Source: Acidimicrobiia bacterium (lineage in GTDB: Bacteria; Actinomycetota; Acidimicrobiia; Spongiisociales; ZC4RG35). Taken from it: a stretch of DNA of 64,000 bases. The stretch covers positions 2,688,001 through 2,752,000 of the forward strand of contig CBDBCY010000004.1 in the NCBI GenBank assembly GCA_965203555.1, read 5' to 3'. This document shows, in pieces, positions 19,939 to 28,363 of the stretch. Both the position numbers and the translations under genes were made by a program. Position 1 is the first letter of the stretch. Each line of letters starts with the position of its first letter. The notes beneath the pieces were generated by a model. The model was not told the DNA's origin, searched no databases, and was given only the letters and a program-made list of their open reading frames with translations.

Positions 19939-21933
19939 TCAGACCTCCAAACTGTGCTTCAGGTCCGTGAGACTGCTGGTCGGGGCGTCGCAGGTGAAGC
20001 GGTGGCAGACGTAGGCGAGGGTTGTCCCAGGGGTCCCGCGATCCTTCAAAAGGGGGACTGCGCCGGAGTATCCGGCGCCGTCTGTCGCGGTGAAGGCCAC
20101 CACCAGTCCGGGCCGACCGCCGGTGGGAATCTCCCTGGCCCACCGCGCCGCCTCGGGACCCACCAGCGCCACCTCGCGGGGTCCGGCGTGGAGGGCCTGG
20201 GCCACCGCCAGGAGACTCCCGGTGGCCGACGAGGCTCGTTCCATCAGGAGGGCGCCGTCGCGGACCGCCTCTTCCGCCAGTGACCACCACTGGGTATCTC
20301 CCGTGTACTGGCCAAGCACCAGCAGCGCCTCGGCAGCCAACGAATTGCCCGACGGCGAAGGATTGTCCATCAGGTCCTTGGGGCGGGAGATAAGACGCTC
20401 GGCGTCGTCCCCGGTGGCAAAGAGTCCGCCGCCAGGATCCTGAAACAGGATGGGAATGGCCCGGGTGAGCGCGGCGGCCTCCCGGTACCACAGTTCCTCC
20501 CCCGTAGCCTGATACAGGGCGAACAGCCCGGTGGCCACCGCCCCGTAGTCCTCGAGATATCCGGGCCCCCCGCGGCGGCCCCTGGTCCAGACCCGGCACA
20601 GCCGCCCCGATCCATCTCGCATCTGCCCCAAAACGAACCGGGCGGCTGCCCGCGCCTCGGCAAGGTAGTCATCGCGGCCCAGAACAGTCCCGGCTTCGGA
20701 GAATGCGCGAATCGCCAACCCGTTCCACGCCGCCACCAGTTTGTAATCGAGCCCCGGGCGCACCCGAGCCGACCGGACTTGCAGCAGGCGTCGCCGGGCG
20801 GCCTGGACGGACGGGGGAGTGGGTGAGAGGGAATTGCGGCGGGTGAGGATGTTGGCGCCTTCGAAGTTTCCTTCGGCCGTGACCCCGAACCAGTCAGCCA
20901 CCTCCGGTCCGTCAACGGGTCCGGCGATCTCCATTATCTGCTGCCGGGACCACACGTAGAAGAGTCCCTCCACCCCTTCGGAATCGGCATCCTCGGCTGA
21001 GTAGAAGCCTCCCTGCGGGTTTCGCATGTCTCTGACCAGGTAGTCGAGGGTTTGGGCGGCTACCTCCAAGAAAGCCGGTTCCCCGAGGCGTTTGCCCGCC
21101 CACAGATAGATCCTGGCCAGGGTGGCGTTGTCATAGAGCATCTTCTCGAAGTGGGGGACCAACCACCTCTCATCCACCGAGTAACGGGCAAACCCTCCCC
21201 CCAACTGGTCATAGATCCCGCCGGCGGCCATTCGCTCCAGGGTCAGCCCCAACACCGAACCGGCCGTCTTGGCCCAAGGCTCATCCAACACGGCCACAAG
21301 AAACTCCAACAGCGGCTGTTGGGGGAATTTGGGGGCCCTGCCAAAACCGCCGTGCACCGGATCGAAGGAGGAGTGGATCCGCTGGTAGGCCTGTTCCAGA
21401 AGTTCGGCGCCGGGCAGATGCTCCCCGGACGGAATCCTGCGGCCGATCAGCGAAGACAGCTTGGTGGCCTGTTCCTCCACCTCTTCCGATTTTTCCAGCC
21501 AGGCCTTGGAAATGGCTTCCATGACCTGCCGGAAAGAGGGCATGCCCCCTCTCGGTTGGGGAGGGTAGTAGGTCCCGGCATAGAAGGGCTCCCCCTGCGG
21601 ATTCATGAAAACGGTCAGGGGCCAACCTCCCCTGCCGGTGAGCATCTGGCATGCCTCCATGTAGATGGCGTCGATGTCGGGTCGCTCCTCCCGGTCCACT
21701 TTGATGTTCACGAACAACCGGTTCATCATCTCGGCGGTGTTTTCATCTTCAAAGGACTCGTGGGCCATGACATGACACCAGTGACAAGCCGAATAGCCCA
21801 CCGACAACAACACCGGGACCTTCCTGGACCGGGCTTCTTCGAAAGCCCGGGGTCCCCACTCCCGCCAGTGCACGGGGTTGTCGGCGTGTTGTAGCAGGTA
21901 AGGCGAGGTGGAGGAGGAGAGTTGGTTGACCAT
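19939..21933 (-). CDS. Thioredoxin domain-containing protein (YyaL/SPATA20, DUF255)
   Basis: SPYLLQHADNPVHW, GYSACHWCHVMAHESFED, APKFP, PHFEKMLYDNA, DADSEGVEG. Confidence 0.92.
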   Translation of the reverse strand: MVNQLSSSTSPYLLQHADNPVHWREWGPRAFEEARSRKVPVLLSVGYSACHWCHVMAHESFEDENTAEMMNRLFVNIKVDREERPDIDAIYMEACQMLTGRGGWPLTVFMNPQGEPFYAGTYYPPQPRGGMPSFRQVMEAISKAWLEKSEEVEEQATKLSSLIGRRIPSGEHLPGAELLEQAYQRIHSSFDPVHGGFGRAPKFPQQPLLEFLVAVLDEPWAKTAGSVLGLTLERMAAGGIYDQLGGGFARYSVDERWLVPHFEKMLYDNATLARIYLWAGKRLGEPAFLEVAAQTLDYLVRDMRNPQGGFYSAEDADSEGVEGLFYVWSRQQIMEIAGPVDGPEVADWFGVTAEGNFEGANILTRRNSLSPTPPSVQAARRRLLQVRSARVRPGLDYKLVAAWNGLAIRAFSEAGTVLGRDDYLAEARAAARFVLGQMRDGSGRLCRVWTRGRRGGPGYLEDYGAVATGLFALYQATGEELWYREAAALTRAIPILFQDPGGGLFATGDDAERLISRPKDLMDNPSPSGNSLAAEALLVLGQYTGDTQWWSLAEEAVRDGALLMERASSATGSLLAVAQALHAGPREVALVGPEAARWAREIPTGGRPGLVVAFTATDGAGYSGAVPLLKDRGTPGTTLAYVCHRFTCDAPTSSLTDLKHSLEV

Positions 21934-22054
21934 CCCGCTAGAGGATAAGATCAAGCGATCCCGGCGGAGATGAGATTCACCCACAGTGCTCCCCAGTTCT
22001 CGTAATATTCACCCTAATGAGGACGCCATCGACCGATTAGGCATCTATTTGGGG

Positions 22055-23989
22055 GTGCGCAAAGTCTCTCTGAAGAAGAAGCTGCTGATGGTGCCCGTCC
22101 TGGTGCTGGTGAGCGCGGTGCTGTGGAGCGGGAGTTTCCCCACCGTGGAAGGAGGCCGTCTCGGCATTGGTGGACCCCCGCCGGCCGTGGCGCAGGAGGC
22201 TGCGGATCCGAGGGCTGACGATCCTCTGCAACTGGTGCCCTTCGCCAACACTTCCCACCGGATATATTCATTGTCCGAGGATCTGTGGGAAGTTTGGGTG
22301 TGCAGGGTTCCCGGGTGGGACACCAGGGTTGAACTCGGAGAGGTAGTCGACTTTCTGAACACCACCGTGTCCTCCTACTTTCGGGAATTGTCAGACGGGA
22401 GATACCGGCCGGCTTTCCGGGCGGGTGGACGAGTGGAGAGCGAGGACGAGGTGGAGAGCGGTCCCGGATTGGAGGAGAGTGTTTTCGCTCCGGGCTGCTC
22501 CGAAGCGGTAAGGCGGCAGGCCATTGCGAGGCAGGAAGAGCGGAACCCCGAGGAGACCGGACCGGCCGGCGCCTTGATCGTGGTGGAATTCGAGGGTTAC
22601 CGGACCGGATACGGCACTTTTGGCAACCTGTGCCCCGAGATTTACCAGCCCGGCTGCGAACCGTCTTTTCCCGCCAACCGTCGGCTGGTGGTGGTGGGAG
22701 CGGGCGCGGTCGTCGCCCAGCCGCCGCTGGAGAACCCCTTCTGGTCGCTGGTGGTGCATGAAATGGGTCACGCCTTGGCATGGCCGCATTCCTACAGCGG
22801 CAAATTCTCGACCACCCGGCCGGGCGCCCTGGGTTTTTACGACAACCCGATGGACGTTATGAGCAATATTCCCCTAACCGCTCCCCAGGGGACCACGGTC
22901 TACAACCGCTATGCCTCGGGATGGGTTGATCCCTCCTCGGTCGAGGTCTACTGGGGCGGCAAACAGGTATACCGCCTCCACCAGGGAGGGGCCGCCCCGG
23001 GACTGGTGCAGATGGTGGTGATCCCCACCGGTGTCGTGGAGGGGCAGGTCACTGAAGAAGTCAATCCGGCGGGCGACGGTCTTTTCTACGTGCTGGGAGT
23101 GAGGAGACTGTCAGGGTTGGATTCGGGGGTGCCGAAGGTGGGGATCGAGGTTTACAAGATAGACCAGCGCCGGGAAGCCTGCGGGCCGAGCAGACGGTCG
23201 TGGCCGGACCATTGGCCCTGTTTCGCAGCGTGGACCCGGGTTGCTCAGGCTGTTCTCCCTGAGTTCTTCGGCGCGGTGGACCATGTGATATCCATTGATG
23301 AGCGGATCCAGTTGGGCAACACCAGGATCAGGGTGGTGAGCGCCGATGCGGCATCCTTCGAGGTGAGTATCGAAACACGCACCTCCGGCGCCTTTGTGGA
23401 TGATGACGGCCTGAGTCATGAGCCGGATATAGAGATGGTCGCATCTTTGGGGATCACCCGGGGCTGCGGGGTTCGGCTTTACTGTCCCGACCGGTCTGTG
23501 ACCAGGGCGGAAATGAGCGCGTTCCTGGTTCGGGCGCTCGGTGATTCACTGCCTCCGGTACAGGGAGAACTCGGCGCCGAGCCACCCTGGGACGGATTGA
23601 CCGGATCCGGTGATCAGGTGTTCTCCGACGTCTCGCCCCAGGACTGGTTCGCCTCCTCCGTTGAGCAACTGGCCGCGTGGAGAATCACACTCGGCTATGG
23701 GGACGGAACCTACCGTCCGCGGCAAGGCCTCACGCGGGGAGAGATGGCGCTGTTTCTGACCAGGGCTTTCAATATCTCCGTCACAGACCCAACCGGGATA
23801 TTCGATGATGTCGCTCCCGACGCCTATTACGCCAGCGCGACGGAAGCCCTCTACCGGCAGGGAATCACTTTGGGATGCAGGCCCGATCCCGAGGACAATC
23901 CCGACGACCTCTTCTACTGTCCTCAACAGGAGGTCACCCGCGCGCAGATGGCGTCTTTCCTGGCTCGGGCCATACGAATCACCCGGTGA
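22055..23989 (+). CDS. Secreted metallopeptidase-like protein with C-terminal S-layer homology (SLH) domains
   Basis: Signal-like N-terminus; HEMGHALAWPH plus DVMS Met-turn; three SLH-like repeats (GITRGC..TRAEMSAFL, ITLGY..TRGEMALFL, GITLGC..TRAQMASFL). Start uncertain. Confidence 0.8.
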   Translation: MRKVSLKKKLLMVPVLVLVSAVLWSGSFPTVEGGRLGIGGPPPAVAQEAADPRADDPLQLVPFANTSHRIYSLSEDLWEVWVCRVPGWDTRVELGEVVDFLNTTVSSYFRELSDGRYRPAFRAGGRVESEDEVESGPGLEESVFAPGCSEAVRRQAIARQEERNPEETGPAGALIVVEFEGYRTGYGTFGNLCPEIYQPGCEPSFPANRRLVVVGAGAVVAQPPLENPFWSLVVHEMGHALAWPHSYSGKFSTTRPGALGFYDNPMDVMSNIPLTAPQGTTVYNRYASGWVDPSSVEVYWGGKQVYRLHQGGAAPGLVQMVVIPTGVVEGQVTEEVNPAGDGLFYVLGVRRLSGLDSGVPKVGIEVYKIDQRREACGPSRRSWPDHWPCFAAWTRVAQAVLPEFFGAVDHVISIDERIQLGNTRIRVVSADAASFEVSIETRTSGAFVDDDGLSHEPDIEMVASLGITRGCGVRLYCPDRSVTRAEMSAFLVRALGDSLPPVQGELGAEPPWDGLTGSGDQVFSDVSPQDWFASSVEQLAAWRITLGYGDGTYRPRQGLTRGEMALFLTRAFNISVTDPTGIFDDVAPDAYYASATEALYRQGITLGCRPDPEDNPDDLFYCPQQEVTRAQMASFLARAIRITR

Positions 23990-24100
23990 CTTCTCCCGCA
24001 GACCTTGAGATAATGGACATGGAGCCTGGCATCCCGCCTTGGCCTAGCTCTTTATCATCACCGGCATCACTTGCATCCACCGACCAACAGAGGACCCCAT

Positions 24101-25060
24101 ATGGCAGTGCGTGAAAGATTCCTGGTAACCGGATCGGCAGGCTGCATCGGCTCGTGGGCCATGCATCTGTTGGATCGGGAGGGAGTGGAGGCGGTGGGCT
24201 TCGATCTTTCCACCGACCACCGGCGGCTGCGCCTTCTCACCGATCAGCAGGGCTCGATGAGGTTCCTGCAGGGCGACATAACCGATACCGAATCTGTCCT
24301 GGGAACAGTCGCCACCGAGCAAATAACCCACATAGTCCATCTCGCCGCTTTGCAGATACCCTTCTGCCAGGCAGATCCGATCGGCGGCGCCAGGGTGAAC
24401 GTGGTGGGCACGGTGAACATCCTGGAAGCGGCGCGTCGTTCAGGCGTAGCCGGTTTGTCCTATGCCAGTTCGGTGGCGGTTTACGGTCCACCCGAGTTGT
24501 ACCCGGACGGGGTAACCGACGACTCGCCCTTGGCGCCGAGCACCCTGTACGGAGCTTACAAGCAGGCCAACGAACGGTCGGCGAAGGTGTATGCGGCCGA
24601 CTATGGCGTCTCGTCGGTTTGTCTGCGCCCCTGCTCGGTGTACGGTCCGGGTCGGGATCAAGGCTTGACTTCGGCGCCCACGCAGGCGATGGTGGCGGCC
24701 GTGGCCGGGCGGCCCTACCACATCCCCTTCGGGGGAGGGTCGACCTTCCAGCATGCGGGGGAGGTTGCCCGGCTGTTCATCGCCGCCGCCCGAGCACAGG
24801 CGGAAGGCGCCCACGTCTACAACCTGGGCGGTCCCTCGGTCTCCATCGCCGAAGTGGTTTCTCTGATCAAAGCGGAAGTGCCCGGATGCGAGATTACGCA
24901 CGGCGATCAGCCGCTACCGCTGCCCGATTACTACGACGGAGCGGGCCTGGATCGCCTCCTGGGAGGCGTCGACTATCTCTCGATGGAGGAGGGCGTCACA
25001 AGTTCCATAAGTGCGTTCCACGAACTTTTGTCCGCAGGCCTGATCACACCCCCGGATTAA
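24101..25060 (+). CDS. NAD-dependent epimerase/dehydratase
   Basis: LVTGSAGCIG, HLAA, YASSVAVYG, YGAYK, LRP..VYGPG. Confidence 0.9.
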   Translation: MAVRERFLVTGSAGCIGSWAMHLLDREGVEAVGFDLSTDHRRLRLLTDQQGSMRFLQGDITDTESVLGTVATEQITHIVHLAALQIPFCQADPIGGARVNVVGTVNILEAARRSGVAGLSYASSVAVYGPPELYPDGVTDDSPLAPSTLYGAYKQANERSAKVYAADYGVSSVCLRPCSVYGPGRDQGLTSAPTQAMVAAVAGRPYHIPFGGGSTFQHAGEVARLFIAAARAQAEGAHVYNLGGPSVSIAEVVSLIKAEVPGCEITHGDQPLPLPDYYDGAGLDRLLGGVDYLSMEEGVTSSISAFHELLSAGLITPPD

Positions 25061-25064
25061 AGAA

Positions 25065-25100
25065 AGTTGGCGGGCGCCCCCGGGGGGACGCCCGCCAACT
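25065..25100. terminator. Hairpin terminator between convergent genes
   Basis: AGTTGGCGGGCG (25065-25076) / CGCCCGCCAACT (25089-25100). Confidence 0.75.
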
Positions 25101-25121
25101 GAAGTGGGTATGCGTCTGGTT

Positions 25122-27071
25122 TTAGCAGGTGAAGTTCATGAACTCGTAGTTGTGGACGTAGAATGCCACCGTTCCCGGCAGGCTGTCCCACTCCAGACAC
25201 GCATCCTTGGCGTACAGCAGGTCGGCAAAGGCGATGGGGAGACCGAGACGGTTCTCGTATGCGAAGTCAAACAGCGCCGCAGCAGTGGTTTCCTTCTCCT
25301 CGTCGGTTCCACCTTCTCCGGACAGAGCCTCGTTGATCAACCGGTCGAGTTCCTCCGACTCACCTGAGTAGGAGAGACGGTCGGTGGTCCGGCTGTAGAA
25401 GCTCCACAACTGCGTACCCGAGTTGTAGACCGGCGGCGGGTAGCAGAACGCGAAATTGGCTTCCCGGTTGCTGGTCTGCCCTTCGACGATTCCGTACTCC
25501 GTGAACTGGGTGTTGACCGAGATACCCAGGTTGGTCCATTGCTGGGCCACGGCTTCTGCCACCTTGCCGCACCAGGGTCGGCCCGGATGCTGGGCGAAGT
25601 CGATGGTGATATCCAGGTCGGCGGGGGTCGCGTAGCCGGCTTCGGCCAACAGGGCGGTCGCCCGGTCGGGATCGTAAGGATCAGCCTCGCAGCCGGCCTG
25701 GAAACCCGGGAAGTGGGGCCACCAGGAATGGACGCAGGCATTCTCGGTGGTTCCCCTGCCGGCCAGCACGAAGTCCACGATTTCCTGCCGGTCGATGGCC
25801 AGCGACAGGGCCTCGCGGATCAGCTTGGCGTTTCCGGGATTGGTGTGATCACTCCATGGAGGCGGGTTCTCCGCAGCCGCGCCGGTTGGGTTCACGTAGT
25901 TACCGGTCAGGTAGATGGTGGGCATGCTCTGGTTGGGCAGAGACTGGATTCCCAGCTTGGCTGCCTGGGCAGTGGGAATCTGCTCGGCGCTGAGAGTCAT
26001 CAGGTCGGCGTCTCCAACCGCCAGCATGGCCAAACGGGTGTTGAACTCGGGAACGGCCTTTCTTACCACCTCTCCGATGGAGGGCGGCCGGGCGTAGTGA
26101 TCGGCGAACGCTTCGAACACCAGTTCCACACCGGGAGTGTGGCTCTTGAACTGGTAGGGTCCGGCGCCGATCGGCCATAGGGCAGCGGCCTCCTCACCCA
26201 CTTCCTCGATGTACTTGCGGGAAGTGATGGGGAAGCTCAGGGCCATCTCGCTCAAGGCGGGCACCACTTCGGGCGCCGGCAAGCCGTTGGCAGACACCAG
26301 TTTGAAGTTGTAGTCGTCGATGACTTCCACATTCACCCTGGCCAGGACCGCAGCCGCCGGACTGTTGGTGCCTTCCCGGACGGCGAGTTCGTGGCTGAAT
26401 ACGATGTCGTCGGTGGTCAACTCTCCCCAACCCTGGTGGAATTGGACACCCTGGTGGATCTCGAAGACGAACTCGGTGAAGTTGTCGTTACGCGACCAGG
26501 ACTTGGCCAGCCGGCCCTCTCCTTCAACTATCTCGCCGGTTATGAAGTCGTGATAGATGAGCGGTTCGTAGAGAGGCTGGAGGTTGAGCAGGGCGCCCAA
26601 ACTGCAGTTGGGGCACAGCCAGTCTTCGCCGCGCAGTGCCGGCAGGAGCACGACCATCCGGTCCTGAACCATTTCAGGGGCGGCTTCCACCACCTCGGCT
26701 TGGGCTTCCGCCAGCGCGGCTTCCGCTTCTGCGGCTTCTGCTTCGGCTTCCGCCAGCGCGGCCTCCGCGGCTGCCAGGGCCTCCTGGGCAGCCTCGCCAC
26801 CCTCGGCTGCGGCTTCCCTGGTGGCTTGCAATTCCGTCTGAGCCTCCGTTAGAGCAGCCTGCGCTGCTGCGGCTTCGGCTTCCGCCGCCGCGGCGGCTTC
26901 TGCTGCTTCCGCGGCTTCGGCCTCTGCCTCTGCTGCTGCCTCGGCTGCGGCCTCTGCCTGGGCTGCCGTTTCATCATCAGCTGTGTCATCTGTGCCGCAG
27001 GCGGCGGCTACCATGACCAGCGCAAGCAACAGAGCCCATACGCGACGCTTTGTTACTGAAGTAATCATCAA
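25122..27071 (-). CDS. ABC transporter family-5 (peptide/nickel-type) substrate-binding lipoprotein with Ala/Glu-rich linker
   Basis: Lipobox AAAC; LYEPL, LAKSW, PIGAGPY, IREALSLAIDRQEI, YDPDRA..LLAEAGY. Confidence 0.9.
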   Translation of the reverse strand: MMITSVTKRRVWALLLALVMVAAACGTDDTADDETAAQAEAAAEAAAEAEAEAAEAAEAAAAAEAEAAAAQAALTEAQTELQATREAAAEGGEAAQEALAAAEAALAEAEAEAAEAEAALAEAQAEVVEAAPEMVQDRMVVLLPALRGEDWLCPNCSLGALLNLQPLYEPLIYHDFITGEIVEGEGRLAKSWSRNDNFTEFVFEIHQGVQFHQGWGELTTDDIVFSHELAVREGTNSPAAAVLARVNVEVIDDYNFKLVSANGLPAPEVVPALSEMALSFPITSRKYIEEVGEEAAALWPIGAGPYQFKSHTPGVELVFEAFADHYARPPSIGEVVRKAVPEFNTRLAMLAVGDADLMTLSAEQIPTAQAAKLGIQSLPNQSMPTIYLTGNYVNPTGAAAENPPPWSDHTNPGNAKLIREALSLAIDRQEIVDFVLAGRGTTENACVHSWWPHFPGFQAGCEADPYDPDRATALLAEAGYATPADLDITIDFAQHPGRPWCGKVAEAVAQQWTNLGISVNTQFTEYGIVEGQTSNREANFAFCYPPPVYNSGTQLWSFYSRTTDRLSYSGESEELDRLINEALSGEGGTDEEKETTAAALFDFAYENRLGLPIAFADLLYAKDACLEWDSLPGTVAFYVHNYEFMNFTC

Positions 27072-27221
27072 ACCCTCACTCCTTGTGGTCGTACTAACAG
27101 TCGGTCGTCTTCTGTCTCACAGAAAGCGCTCCCATTCAAGTTAGTCGGATTTTCGCTGCCCTTGACAGGCAATGGGCATTTTTTCTGTCCGCACTCCACT
27201 TTCAGGGTTGGATCAACTGTC

Positions 27222-27315
27222 AAAAGAGGACCAGGCGGACCCGGTCCTCTCTTTGTTAGCGCGGTGAGTGACTCAGCTGGTGTAGCGGAGATGCTCAAAG
27301 CGAGTCATTTACGGG
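27222..27315 (-). repeat. Diverged displaced copy of the 3' end plus terminator of the SBP gene 28364-30403
   Basis: Reads P*MTRFEHLRYTS* vs PYMTRYEYLRYTS*; followed by hairpin AGAGGACC/GGTCCTCT homologous to 28310-28343. Confidence 0.8.
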
Positions 27316-27435
27316 TGTTCGCCTGACACGGACATGCCTTTACGACACACCGATTGCTGATAGAGGCACCTGCACGGAGTGCTTGAATACCGTGCTGCCC
27401 GGGTTCTATTCGGCGGACAGCTATTTTGACGGACC

Positions 27436-28299
27436 ATGTTGAACGTAGCGGGCCGAACGGCGGTGGTCACCGGAGCAGCCTCGGGAATCGGTCTGGCGAT
27501 GGCGAGGCTCTTTTCCAGGGAGGGCATGGCGGTGGTGGCGGCCGATGTGGATGCCGCTGGACTGGACAGCTTGGCGTCCGACCCCGGGTTTTCCTCTCCC
27601 GTGCGGACGGTTCCCACCGACGTGTCGGATCCATCGGCGGTGGCGGAACTGGCCGACCTGACGTTCCGGGAATTCGGTGAAGTGGGCATACTCTGCAACA
27701 ACGCCGGGGTGGGACCCATGGGGACCGTTTGGGAGGTCGACGTGCCGGAGTGGGAATGGGTGCTGGGCGTGAACCTGTGGGGGGTGATCAACGGCATCCG
27801 CTCTTTCCTGCCCCGTATGTTGGAGAGCGGCCTGCAAGGCCATGTGGTGAACACCGCCTCGATGGCCGGGCTGATCGCCGGGCGGGAGATGACTCCCTGG
27901 CGGCTGGGAGCGTATGCCGCCTCCAAGCACGCGGTGGTTGCCATCAGTCACACTCTCTACGCGGAACTGCGCACCGCTCGGGCGCCGATTGGAGTGTCGC
28001 TGCTGTGCCCGGCGGCGGTGAACACCCACATCTGGGACACCGAGCGGCACCGGCCTCCAGTGTCGTCCGGCGTCGAACCCACAGATCATTCCTTATCGGA
28101 GGCACAACGTCTCCGAGAGCAACTTCGGGCCGGGGTGGCAGTCGGCAGACCTCCGTCAGAGGTGGCCGAGTTGGTTCTTGAGGCGGTGCGCCAGGATCGC
28201 TTCTACGTTTTCACTTCTCCCGGTTCCGCGGGCCAGGTGGGTAACCACTATGACGACCTGGTCAATCTGCGCAATCCCCAGGTGCCGAATCTGGATTAG
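27436..28299 (+). CDS. SDR family oxidoreductase
   Basis: VVTGAASGIG, NNAGV, NTAS, YAASK. Confidence 0.92.
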   Translation: MLNVAGRTAVVTGAASGIGLAMARLFSREGMAVVAADVDAAGLDSLASDPGFSSPVRTVPTDVSDPSAVAELADLTFREFGEVGILCNNAGVGPMGTVWEVDVPEWEWVLGVNLWGVINGIRSFLPRMLESGLQGHVVNTASMAGLIAGREMTPWRLGAYAASKHAVVAISHTLYAELRTARAPIGVSLLCPAAVNTHIWDTERHRPPVSSGVEPTDHSLSEAQRLREQLRAGVAVGRPPSEVAELVLEAVRQDRFYVFTSPGSAGQVGNHYDDLVNLRNPQVPNLD

Positions 28300-28309
28300 C
28301 TGTTATAGA

Positions 28310-28343
28310 GAAGAGGGGCCGGGGAGAGTCCCGGCCCCTCTTC
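28310..28343. terminator. Hairpin terminator between convergent SDR and SBP genes
   Basis: GAAGAGGGGCCGGG / CCCGGCCCCTCTTC 14-bp stem. Confidence 0.8.
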
Positions 28344-28363
28344 GTCAAGTGCGTTGAGTGAAC

